From contig JAUYNO010000055.1 in the NCBI GenBank assembly GCA_030696045.1, positions 46,175 through 110,174 of the forward strand: a DNA stretch of 64,000 nt, written 5' to 3'. Positions 49,638-57,988 of the stretch are shown here, in pieces (the stretch's first letter is position 1; the number at the start of each line of letters is the position of its first letter). The stretch is from Stagnimonas sp. GTDB lineage: Bacteria; Pseudomonadota; Gammaproteobacteria; Nevskiales; Nevskiaceae. The notes under the pieces are model-generated. The model saw nothing but the letters and a program-made list of their open reading frames with translations, was not told the DNA's origin and did no database searches. The position numbers were made by a program, and so were the translations under genes.

Positions 49638-50246
49638 ATGCGTCACCCGCTGCTGGCCGGTCTGCTGCTGGCCCTGCCCCTGTCCGCCGTCGCCGACGGC
49701 TTCAGCTACACCTATGCCGATGCCCGTTACGGCTTTTCGGATGCCGACGCCACCACCGCGCAAGCCGCCGGCCCGGTGCTGTCGGGCGCGCTGGCGCTGC
49801 CGGAGCTGTACGGCATCTCCTCGCTCTACCTGCTGGGCGGGCTCAGCTACCTGGAGACCGACAACTACAGCGACGGCGGCGTCAGCGGCAAGCTCGCCGC
49901 CCTTGACGCCGGCCTGCGGCTGGGCACCCACCACGCGCTGACCCCGGGCCTGGACCTGTTCGGCAATGCCGGCCTGGCCTACGCCAACACCGAGGGCAAG
50001 GGCGGCTTCAGCGGCTACAGCGACGACGACCTCAGCTACCTCATCGAACTGGGCCTGCGGGCGCAGCTGATCGAGCGGCTGGAACTGGCGATCGGCTACG
50101 ACTTCACCGGGCTGCGCAACGACACCACCGGCAGTTTCAGCACCGGCTTGGAGTACCGGATCACGCCGCATATCTCGGTGGTCGGCGCCGCCGAGTACGC
50201 CAGTCATGCCGATGGCTACACGGTGGGCGGGCGCTACAACTTCTGA
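49638..50246 (+). CDS. Outer-membrane beta-barrel protein (Ax21/YfaZ-like)
   Basis: ATG 49638 with AAGGAG SD; signal peptide; mature start ADGFSYTYADARY; amphipathic strands; C-terminal GGRYNF BAM signal. Confidence 0.85.
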   Translation: MRHPLLAGLLLALPLSAVADGFSYTYADARYGFSDADATTAQAAGPVLSGALALPELYGISSLYLLGGLSYLETDNYSDGGVSGKLAALDAGLRLGTHHALTPGLDLFGNAGLAYANTEGKGGFSGYSDDDLSYLIELGLRAQLIERLELAIGYDFTGLRNDTTGSFSTGLEYRITPHISVVGAAEYASHADGYTVGGRYNF

Positions 50247-50257
50247 TCGGCCCGGGT

Positions 50258-50281
50258 CTGCGCGGTCCCTGGACCGCGCAG
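50258..50281. terminator. Strong hairpin between convergent OMP gene and mutL
   Basis: CTGCGCGGTCC-CT-GGACCGCGCAG; no clear U-tract. Confidence 0.5.
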
Positions 50282-50291
50282 GCCGAGGCAA

Positions 50292-52082
50292 CTAGCGCCC
50301 CCGCAGGAACAGCCGGTCCAGTTCCGCCAGCTCCACCTGCACCCAGGTCGGTCGGCCGTGATTGCACTGGCCGGCGAGTTCGGTGCTCTCCATGTCGCGC
50401 AGCAGGGCGTTCATCTCGCCCAGGCCGAGACTGCGGTTAGCCTTGATCGCGGCCTTGCAGGCCATGTCCGCCAGCACCCGATGCTGGGCATCCAGCACCT
50501 CGCCGAGATGGGCGTGGGAACCGCTGTCGCTGCTGCGGCCCAACAGGTCCTTCAGCAGTTCCACCACCGCTTCCGTCGGCAACAACGTCGGCGTCGCACG
50601 CACCAGCAGCTGCCCCGGTCCGGCACGATCCAACTGCAGGCCCGCCGCGCGCAGCGTCTCCGTCTGGCGCTCGGCCAGCTCGGCCTCGGCCTCGCCGACC
50701 TGCACCAGGATCGGCGCCAGCAGCGTCTGCGAGGGCACCCCGCCCTGCGCCAACTCGCGCTTGTAGCGCTCGTAGATGACCCGCTCGTGAGCGGCATGCA
50801 TATCCACCAGCACCAGGCCACGGGCGTTCTGCGCCAGGATGAACAGGCCGTGCAGCTGGGCGATGGCATAGCCCAGCGGATGTTCGGCGCGCGCCTCGGG
50901 GCGGGTCGCTGGCGCCTCGCGCGGCGCGGCCATGGCGGCAAGGTCGGCCCAGGTCGCGAGCGCCGGACGGTAGGACGACATAGCCTCGCCGACACCGGCA
51001 GTCGCGGTGCGCAGCGGCAGCGCGTAACTATGCGGCTCCGGCGCGGCGGCAAGGCCGACCCCGTGGTGATGTTCCGGCTCCGGCCGCAGCTCGCGCAGCC
51101 AGCGGTGCACCAGGCCGAACAGGAAATCGTGGACCCGCGCGCCTTCGCGGAAGCGCACCTCGGTCTTCTGCGGGTGGACATTGACGTCCACCGCCGCCGG
51201 GTCGAGCGTCAGCGCCAGCACGAAGGCGGGATGACGGGTGCTGTGCAGGGCGTCGGCATAGGCCCGCCGCAAGGCTGAAGCCAGCAGGCGGTCGCGGACG
51301 CCACGGCCATTGACGGTGAGGAACTGCAGGTCCGGCTGTGAACGGGAAAAGCTGGGCAGCGCGATCCAGCCCCGCAGACACAGGCCACCGACCTCGGCCT
51401 CGCGATACACCGCATTGGCGAGGAACTCGGCGCCGCAGACTGCCGCCAGGCGCCGCTCCCGCGCCGGCTCGTCGAGCGCCGGTTCCAGTTGCAGCAGCTG
51501 GCGGCCGTCATGGCTGAGCTTGAAGGCGACCTCCGGCCGCGCCAGCGCCAGCCGCCGCAGGGCGGTCTCGACATGGCGTGCCTCGGTGCTGGCGCTCTTC
51601 ATGAACTTGCGCCGGGCCGGGGTGCTGAAGAAAAGGTCCAGCACCTCCACGGCGGTTCCCGGCGCCAGTGCCGCCGGAACCGGCTCCGGACTCGCCAGCC
51701 CGCCCTCGCCGCCCAGGCGCCAGCCGTGCTCGTCGGCGGCGGTGCGCGAGTTGAGCGCAAGCCGGGACACCGCCAGGATGCTGGCCAGGGCCTCGCCACG
51801 GAAGCCCAGACTGGCAACCCGTTCGAGATCGTCCAGACTGGCGATCTTGCTGGTGGCGTGGCGGCTCAGCGCCAGCCTCAATTCCTCGCGCGGAATGCCC
51901 CTGCCGTCATCGCGGACCAGGATGCGGCGCAGGCCGCCATCCTCCAGTTCCACCACCAGGCGATGCGCGCAAGCGTCGAGCGCGTTCTCGACCAGTTCCT
52001 TCACCACGGCAGCAGGCCGCTCGACGACCTCACCGGCCTTGATCTGGTTGATCAGGACTTCGGGCAGGAACTGGATCGGCAT
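50292..52082 (-). CDS. mutL: DNA mismatch repair endonuclease MutL
   Basis: GEVVERP, KELVENALDA, DDGRG, HATSKI, GFRGEAL; C-terminal DMHAAHERV and CNHGRP. Confidence 0.98.
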   Translation of the reverse strand: MPIQFLPEVLINQIKAGEVVERPAAVVKELVENALDACAHRLVVELEDGGLRRILVRDDGRGIPREELRLALSRHATSKIASLDDLERVASLGFRGEALASILAVSRLALNSRTAADEHGWRLGGEGGLASPEPVPAALAPGTAVEVLDLFFSTPARRKFMKSASTEARHVETALRRLALARPEVAFKLSHDGRQLLQLEPALDEPARERRLAAVCGAEFLANAVYREAEVGGLCLRGWIALPSFSRSQPDLQFLTVNGRGVRDRLLASALRRAYADALHSTRHPAFVLALTLDPAAVDVNVHPQKTEVRFREGARVHDFLFGLVHRWLRELRPEPEHHHGVGLAAAPEPHSYALPLRTATAGVGEAMSSYRPALATWADLAAMAAPREAPATRPEARAEHPLGYAIAQLHGLFILAQNARGLVLVDMHAAHERVIYERYKRELAQGGVPSQTLLAPILVQVGEAEAELAERQTETLRAAGLQLDRAGPGQLLVRATPTLLPTEAVVELLKDLLGRSSDSGSHAHLGEVLDAQHRVLADMACKAAIKANRSLGLGEMNALLRDMESTELAGQCNHGRPTWVQVELAELDRLFLRGR

Positions 52083-52093
52083 GAGCGGCGCGC

Positions 52094-52129
52094 AAAAGAA
52101 AACGGCGCGCAGGATAACCCGCGCGCCGT
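52094..52129 (-). terminator. Rho-independent terminator between amiC and mutL
   Basis: ACGGCGCGC...GCGCGCCGT stem followed on the minus strand by TTTCTTTT. Confidence 0.65.
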
Positions 52130-52144
52130 CCTCGGAATCAGGCC

Positions 52145-53419
52145 CTAGTGGCTCTTGCGCTTGAGACTGACCGGCACCGGGCCGGCGATGTGCTCGTTGC
52201 TGGCCTGCACGATTTGCTGCTGCGGGCGATAACCGGAGAAGTAACCCTTGATGCCGGCCATCAGCGAGGCAGCCATGCTCTCCTGGTAGTCGGCGGCGGC
52301 GAGCAGGCGCTCGTCTTCCGGATGGCTCAGGAAGGCGGTCTCGACCAGCACCGAGGGGATGTCCGGCGCTTTCAGCACCGCGAAGCCGGCCTGCTGCACG
52401 TCGTGCTTCTGCAGGGCGTTGAACTGGCCGATGGATTCCAGCAGGCGGCTGCCGAAATCGAAGCTGGCCTCGCGCACGGCGGTCTGCGAGATGTCGAGCA
52501 GCACCGAGGCGAGATCGTCGTCCTTGCCGGCAATCTCCACCCCGCCGACCAGATCGGCGGCGTTTTCCAGGCTGGCGAGCATCTTCGCGTGCTCGCTGGT
52601 GGCGCCGCGCTGGCTCAGCACATAGACCGCCGAGCCACGGATGTTCTTGGCGGTCGGCAGCGAGTTGGCATGGATCGACACGAACAGGTCGGCCTGGGCC
52701 TTGCGGGCGATGGCGGTGCGCTGCCGCAGGCCGACGTAGTAGTCGCCGTTGCGGGTCAGCACCGCCTTGTAGCCGGGGGTATCGTTGACCATCTTCGCCA
52801 GCTTCTTGGCAATGCGCAGCGACACTTCCTTCTCGATCACGCCGTTGCGGCCACGCGCGCCCGGGTCTTCACCGCCATGACCGGGATCGATGGCAACGAT
52901 GATCGGCCGGCCCGCGGGCGCCGGGCGTGGCGTCTCCACCGGCGCGGCGGGCGCGGGGCTGCGCGGCGTCGGAGCCGGAGCCGCTATCGGCGGCGCGATG
53001 GCGATCTGGGACGGCGCTTCGGTCGCCGCCGGCGCGCTCGGCTGCTCGACATAGAGATCGAAGATCAGGCGATAGCCGTACTGGCCATTCGGCTCCAGGC
53101 CGAAGCTCTTGGGGCTGGCCGCCTCGCTGAGGTCGAGCACCACCCGCAGGCCGTCTTCCCGGGGACCGGTGCGCACGCCCTTGACGATGCCCTTGCCGAG
53201 GCCGTCGAGGTTCAGCGCCGGCGCGACCTTGGCGTCGGCGATGTCGATCACCAGCCGGTTGGGATTGTCCAGCGTGAAGGACTTGTGCTGGGTGCCGCCT
53301 TCCAGATCGAAGACGATGCGGGTGCTTTCCGGGCCGTCCCAGAGACGCACGTCGCGCAGCTCCACGGCGTGCGCGAGCGACGCCATGAGCCCGAGAACGA
53401 TGGTCACCAGTACGCGCAC
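52145..53419 (-). CDS. amiC: N-acetylmuramoyl-L-alanine amidase (AMIN plus Amidase_3)
   Basis: Probable GTG 53419 with signal peptide; AMIN domain (TRIVFDL, PNRLVIDI), IDPGHGGEDPGA, FVSIHAN, PSVLVETAFLSH. No LysM domain; could be called amiB/amiC. Confidence 0.9.
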   Translation of the reverse strand: MRVLVTIVLGLMASLAHAVELRDVRLWDGPESTRIVFDLEGGTQHKSFTLDNPNRLVIDIADAKVAPALNLDGLGKGIVKGVRTGPREDGLRVVLDLSEAASPKSFGLEPNGQYGYRLIFDLYVEQPSAPAATEAPSQIAIAPPIAAPAPTPRSPAPAAPVETPRPAPAGRPIIVAIDPGHGGEDPGARGRNGVIEKEVSLRIAKKLAKMVNDTPGYKAVLTRNGDYYVGLRQRTAIARKAQADLFVSIHANSLPTAKNIRGSAVYVLSQRGATSEHAKMLASLENAADLVGGVEIAGKDDDLASVLLDISQTAVREASFDFGSRLLESIGQFNALQKHDVQQAGFAVLKAPDIPSVLVETAFLSHPEDERLLAAADYQESMAASLMAGIKGYFSGYRPQQQIVQASNEHIAGPVPVSLKRKSH

Positions 53420-53525
53420 GCCCCACTCCCCAACGCCGATCACGATGGCGGGACGATAGCGCGCGCTCGAAAGTACTGCAACTTTTTCATTCAAATCAGT
53501 CGACAAGGGCAACTTCTTAAAGCTG

Positions 53526-54014
53526 CTACTGGGACTCAAAACAGGACCGTACCCGAAGCCAGCCGGGATCGTCCGTCAGGCTCGGCGCGACCGACCAGTC
53601 GAGACGGCGCGCAGCGCCGGCATGGCTCAGGCGCAGGCGCAGGTCCGCCGCCGGCAGCACGCCCGCCCCGCGCTCGGGCCATTCCACCAGCCACCAAGCC
53701 GCCGGCGGCGCTTCGTCGAGCACGCCCAGGCCGTACAGCTCCTCGGGCTCCAGCAGGCGGTAGAGATCGAGATGCAGCACCTTCGGGCCGTCGGTCTCGT
53801 AGGGCTCGACCAGGGTATAGGTCGGGCTCTTGACCGCGCCCTGCACACCCAGGGCACGCAGCAGCGCCCGGCTCAGGGTGGTCTTGCCGGCGCCCAGTTC
53901 GCCTTCGAGATGGATCATGCCGCCCGGCCGGCTGCGCAGCAGCGGCGCCAGGGCCGCACCCAGGGCCTCGGTGGCGGCGCTGTCCGGCAACTCGAGCTGG
54001 CCTTCGATGCTCAT
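53526..54014 (-). CDS. tsaE: tRNA threonylcarbamoyladenosine biosynthesis ATPase
   Basis: LEGELGAGKTT, VKSPTYTLVEPY, HLDLYRL, VEWPE. Confidence 0.97.
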   Translation of the reverse strand: MSIEGQLELPDSAATEALGAALAPLLRSRPGGMIHLEGELGAGKTTLSRALLRALGVQGAVKSPTYTLVEPYETDGPKVLHLDLYRLLEPEELYGLGVLDEAPPAAWWLVEWPERGAGVLPAADLRLRLSHAGAARRLDWSVAPSLTDDPGWLRVRSCFESQ

Positions 54015-55507
54015 GGATTCAGCACCCGCCGCAACTCGGCGAGCAGGTCCGAGGGCAACAGCCCGCGCTCGCCGCCCGCCGCTGCCGCGTCGCCAGCCAG
54101 GGCATGGGCCAGCACACCCAGGCGCGCCGCCGCCCCGGGCGCCAGGCCCTGCGCCATCAGGGCGGCGATCAGCCCGGTGAGGACATCGCCCATGCCGCCG
54201 ACCGCCATGCCCGGATTGCCATAGGGGCAGTAGTGGACCTGCTCGGCGGCGATCAGGCTGCCGGCGCCCTTCAGCACCACCACCGCGCCGTAACGCTGGC
54301 GCAGCGCCAGCACCGCGCCCAGTCGGTCGCGCTGCACCTCGGCAGTGCTGCGGCCGAGCAGACGCGCCGCCTCGCCCGGATGCGGGGTCAGCACCGTGCC
54401 GGGCGGTAACGGCTGCGGCGCCGCGGCCAGCAGATTCAGGGCATCGGCATCGAGCACCAGGGGACGGCCGCTGGCAAGCACGGTCTGATACATATCCCGG
54501 CCCCAGTCGCCCTGCCCCAGCCCCGGCCCGAGTGCGACCACGCTGGCGAGCGCCAGGCGTGGCGCCAGCTGCGCACCATCGGCGACCGCCGAGACCATGG
54601 CCTCCGGCTGCGCCGCCACCAGGGCGGCGGCGTGCGCGCCGTGGGTGGCGAGGCTGACCCAGCCGGCGCCGCCGCGCAGGGCGGCGCGGGTCGCCAGCAG
54701 GGCGGCGCCGGCCATCCCGGCCTCGCCGCCCACCACCAGCACATGGCCGTGATGTCCCTTGTGCGCCTCGCGCGCACGAGGCAGCAACCCGACGCGCAGG
54801 TCGTCGGCGCGCAGGCGCAGGAAAGCTGCCGGCTCGCTGGCGAGAAAGTCCGCCGGCAGGCCCAGCATGTGCAGGCGCAGCTCGCCGGCCAGCTCCGGGC
54901 CGGCGCCCAGATGCAGGCCGGTCTTGTGGCCGATGAAAGTCAGCGTTCGGGTCGCCCGCACCGCCGGGCCCAGCGCGGCGCCGGTGTCGGCGTCGAGGCC
55001 GCTGGGAAGGTCAACCGCCAGCACCGGCGCGCCACGGCCAGCGGCGGCATTGATCGCCCGCACGGCGGCAGCGGCCTCGCCGTCCAGTGGTCGCGACAGG
55101 CCAAGTCCGAACAGGGCATCGACGATCAGGTCGCGGTGATCCACCGCGTCCAGGGCGTCCGGCCGCCAGGGCTGCTCGCGTCCGCCCGCACCACGCCAGG
55201 CCGCGTGCGCCTGCACCGCATCGCCACTGCGCGGCGGGCCGCCCAGGGTCCAGACGCGGGGCGCTCGGCCATGCGCCTGCAGCAGCGCCGCCAGCTGGTA
55301 GCCGTCGCCGCCGTTGTTGCCGCTACCGCAGAGCAGATGGACATCCCGCAGCGCGCGCCCGGCCAGCATCGCCTCGACATGGCAATGGCAGGCTTCGGCA
55401 GCGCGCTGCATCAACGTGTAGCCGGCAATGCCCAGCTCGCTCTGCGCGCGCTGCTCCAGCGCCCGCAGCGAGCGGGCGGAATACACTGCGCGCGCCATGT
55501 CGTCCAT
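54011..55507 (-). CDS. nnr: Bifunctional NAD(P)H-hydrate epimerase/dehydratase
   Basis: CGSGNNGGDG, DALFGLG, DLPSG (YjeF_N); LDADALN, TPHPGE, VLKG, GGMGDVLTG. Start is 55507 or 55498. Confidence 0.96.
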   Translation of the reverse strand: MDDMARAVYSARSLRALEQRAQSELGIAGYTLMQRAAEACHCHVEAMLAGRALRDVHLLCGSGNNGGDGYQLAALLQAHGRAPRVWTLGGPPRSGDAVQAHAAWRGAGGREQPWRPDALDAVDHRDLIVDALFGLGLSRPLDGEAAAAVRAINAAAGRGAPVLAVDLPSGLDADTGAALGPAVRATRTLTFIGHKTGLHLGAGPELAGELRLHMLGLPADFLASEPAAFLRLRADDLRVGLLPRAREAHKGHHGHVLVVGGEAGMAGAALLATRAALRGGAGWVSLATHGAHAAALVAAQPEAMVSAVADGAQLAPRLALASVVALGPGLGQGDWGRDMYQTVLASGRPLVLDADALNLLAAAPQPLPPGTVLTPHPGEAARLLGRSTAEVQRDRLGAVLALRQRYGAVVVLKGAGSLIAAEQVHYCPYGNPGMAVGGMGDVLTGLIAALMAQGLAPGAAARLGVLAHALAGDAAAAGGERGLLPSDLLAELRRVLNP

Positions 55508-56570
55508 GCCCCCATTTTACGAGTTGCCAGCCCGCATCAAGGCCTGGGCCCGGGAACTGGGTTTTGCCGACGCCGGCATCGCCGAGTTGACGCTCGATGC
55601 CGACCGCGCCCATCTGCAGCGCTGGCTGGACGCCGGCATGCACGGCCAGATGGCCTTCATGGGCCGCGATCTCGACAAGCGCGCACACCCCACAGGCCTC
55701 AGACCCGGCACCCTGTCGGTGGTCAGCGTGCGCCTGGACTACCGCCCACTGGCTGAGCAGGCGCAGGCGGTACTCGACGACGGCGAACGCGCCTATATCT
55801 CCCGCTACGCCCTGGGTCGCGACTATCACAAGCTGATGCGCTCCCGGCTGCTGAAGCTCGGCGCGCGACTGGAACAGGAGGTCGGCCCGCACGGCTACCG
55901 TGTGCTCACCGATTCCGCTCCGGCGCTGGAAAAGGCCCTGGCGCGCAATGCCCGGCTGGGCTGGATCGGCAAGAACACCCTACTGCTCAATCGCCAGGCC
56001 GGCTCCTGGTTCTTTCTCGGCGAGTTGTACACCGATCTGCCGCTGCCGCCGGATGACAAAGCGCTCGCCAGCAATCTCTGCGGCACCTGTACTTCCTGCA
56101 TCGACATCTGTCCCACCAAAGCCTTCGTCGCGCCTTACCGCCTGGATGCTCGCAAGTGCATCAGCTACCTGACCATCGAGCATCGCGGCGCTTTTCCCGA
56201 GGAACTGCGCGCCCTCATCGGCAACCGGGTATTCGGCTGCGACGACTGCCAGCTGGTCTGCCCCTGGAACCGCTACGCGCAGACCACCGCCGAAGCCGAT
56301 TTCGCGCCGCGCCACGGCCTCGACACCGCCAAGCTCGTGGAGCTGTTCGCCTGGGACGAGGCGACCTGGCTGCGCAAGACCGAGGGCATGGCACTGCGCC
56401 GGCTGGACCACGCGCGCTGGCTACGCAACCTCGCCATCGGGCTGGGTAATGCGCCGCGCTCGGCGGAGGTAATCGCGGCCCTGGCAGAACGCAGCGAGCA
56501 TCCGGACGATGCGGTGCGCGAGCATGTGCAATGGGCCTTGCAGCGACAGGCCCGGGCCGGAGACCACTAA
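55506..56570 (+). CDS. queG: Epoxyqueuosine reductase
   Basis: ATG 55506; ISRYALGRDYH, GWIGKN, two 4Fe-4S motifs (CGTCTSCIDICPT, GCDDCQLVCPWN). Confidence 0.97.
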   Translation: MPPFYELPARIKAWARELGFADAGIAELTLDADRAHLQRWLDAGMHGQMAFMGRDLDKRAHPTGLRPGTLSVVSVRLDYRPLAEQAQAVLDDGERAYISRYALGRDYHKLMRSRLLKLGARLEQEVGPHGYRVLTDSAPALEKALARNARLGWIGKNTLLLNRQAGSWFFLGELYTDLPLPPDDKALASNLCGTCTSCIDICPTKAFVAPYRLDARKCISYLTIEHRGAFPEELRALIGNRVFGCDDCQLVCPWNRYAQTTAEADFAPRHGLDTAKLVELFAWDEATWLRKTEGMALRRLDHARWLRNLAIGLGNAPRSAEVIAALAERSEHPDDAVREHVQWALQRQARAGDH

Positions 56571-57511
56571 GGCGCTTTGCTGTCCGGGCAGTGACCGGCC
56601 GGACTCGCCTCGATCTCGGCCCGGGTCGCACGCAGCGCGGCGGCGTTGGCGGGCGCGACCTGCGTGGGATTGATCGCATCCAGTATCGCCAGACCGGCCT
56701 GCGGACAGCCGCGCGCCAACTCCAGGCTGGCAAGGTTGTTGGCATAGGCGGCATTGGCCGGCTCCAGCGCGACCGCCTTGCGCAAGGCCAGCAGCGCCTC
56801 CGGCAAGGCGCCAGCGCCATAACGCTGCGCACCCCAGGCGGCCTGCACCAGGGCGCGCTCCGGCCAGCGCTGCACCGCAGCGCGGTAGGCGGTCTCGGCA
56901 ACCGCCGGCGCGGATTTTTCAAACGGGGCCGCTGCGGCAATCCAGCGCTCGGCCACCGCGTGCTGGGGTATCTGGTCCGGCGCGTGCACGCTCATCGCCC
57001 AGCGATTGGCCCAATCCCAGCGACGCAGCAAGGCACGGCGGCTGTAGCGGCTCGGCTCGGCCTTGCCGTCATTGAGCAGATAGCCCTGCTCGGGGTCGTA
57101 GCCGACCAGCACGGCGTAGTGCCAGACCGGGTAGCTGCGGACGCCGAGATTGAGCAGCAGCAGCGGCGGCTGGCCGTCACGCAGGGCCTCAATCAGGGCC
57201 GATTCCTGGGGTGGCAGGATCAGCGGCAGCCGCGCGCGGGCGCGCGTCTGCGCCAGCAATTCGATTTGTAGTGAACCCCGACGTCCGGGGATGTACAGGT
57301 CGGGTTTGAGCCCTTCCGGTGTCGCCGCGACTCCGGCGGCATTCAGGGCGCTGGCCAGCGCGGCTGGGCCGCACTGCAGTTCGTCCTGCGCATAGGCAGG
57401 CACCCCCGCCAAATGTACCGCGCTACCGCCCGGTGCGGGTGGCAGCGCGGCGCAACCGGACAATACGGCCGCCAGCAACAGGGCTGGCAGCCGCGTCCGG
57501 ATGCGGATCAT
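56567..57511 (-). CDS. PA2778-family C39-like cysteine peptidase with TPR, lipoprotein
   Basis: Lipobox LSGC; QCGPAALA (catalytic Cys), LYIPGRRGSLQ, WHYAVLVGYD (His), C-terminal TPR-like repeats. Confidence 0.85.
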   Translation of the reverse strand: MIRIRTRLPALLLAAVLSGCAALPPAPGGSAVHLAGVPAYAQDELQCGPAALASALNAAGVAATPEGLKPDLYIPGRRGSLQIELLAQTRARARLPLILPPQESALIEALRDGQPPLLLLNLGVRSYPVWHYAVLVGYDPEQGYLLNDGKAEPSRYSRRALLRRWDWANRWAMSVHAPDQIPQHAVAERWIAAAAPFEKSAPAVAETAYRAAVQRWPERALVQAAWGAQRYGAGALPEALLALRKAVALEPANAAYANNLASLELARGCPQAGLAILDAINPTQVAPANAAALRATRAEIEASPAGHCPDSKAP

Positions 57512-57888
57512 CAGATCTTGGTGAAAATGTTGGTGACGCCGACCAGTTCCAGGATGAGCAGCACCACGAACACCAGCCCGACCACCACCAGCAGATCACC
57601 ACCGGCCGGCTGCTGGTCGAGGGTCGAGGCAACGCGCTGCAGTTCCTGATCGCTCATCGAGGCCGCGCGCGACTTGGCTTTTTCGACATCCACGCCCCAG
57701 GCGACCAGCTGCTGCTGCACGTCGTCGCGCGACAACAGCGACTGCACCCGGGCTTCGGTATCGGCGCGCAGCGACTGCGAGGCCAGGCTTTCAGTGCCGA
57801 TCATGGCGGCCGACGAAACCCCCGGGGTACCGAGCAGGATCATGCCGGCGCTGACGACAACTGCGAGTGAGGATTTGAGGTTATTCAT
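57511..57888 (-). CDS. PA2779-family protein
   Basis: Signal peptide; AAMIGTE...VQQQLVAWGVD...RAASMSDQEL...PAGGD, then a very hydrophobic C-terminal segment; translationally coupled to the peptidase. Confidence 0.85.
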   Translation of the reverse strand: MNNLKSSLAVVVSAGMILLGTPGVSSAAMIGTESLASQSLRADTEARVQSLLSRDDVQQQLVAWGVDVEKAKSRAASMSDQELQRVASTLDQQPAGGDLLVVVGLVFVVLLILELVGVTNIFTKI

Positions 57889-57988
57889 TGGCCACTCCTA
57901 AAGAGATTTTGTTCCGGATCGCGTCCACTGCCGAGCGGCAGCAACACGGCGAGGCTGACCGGCGGCGATGAATCGACGCTGAAAGTCC

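Noticed and set aside
55498-55508. Head-to-head overlapping start codons of nnr and queG (CATG at 55505-55508)
   Set aside because: Real, but the tightly abutting divergent queG/nnr arrangement is the usual one in gammaproteobacteria.
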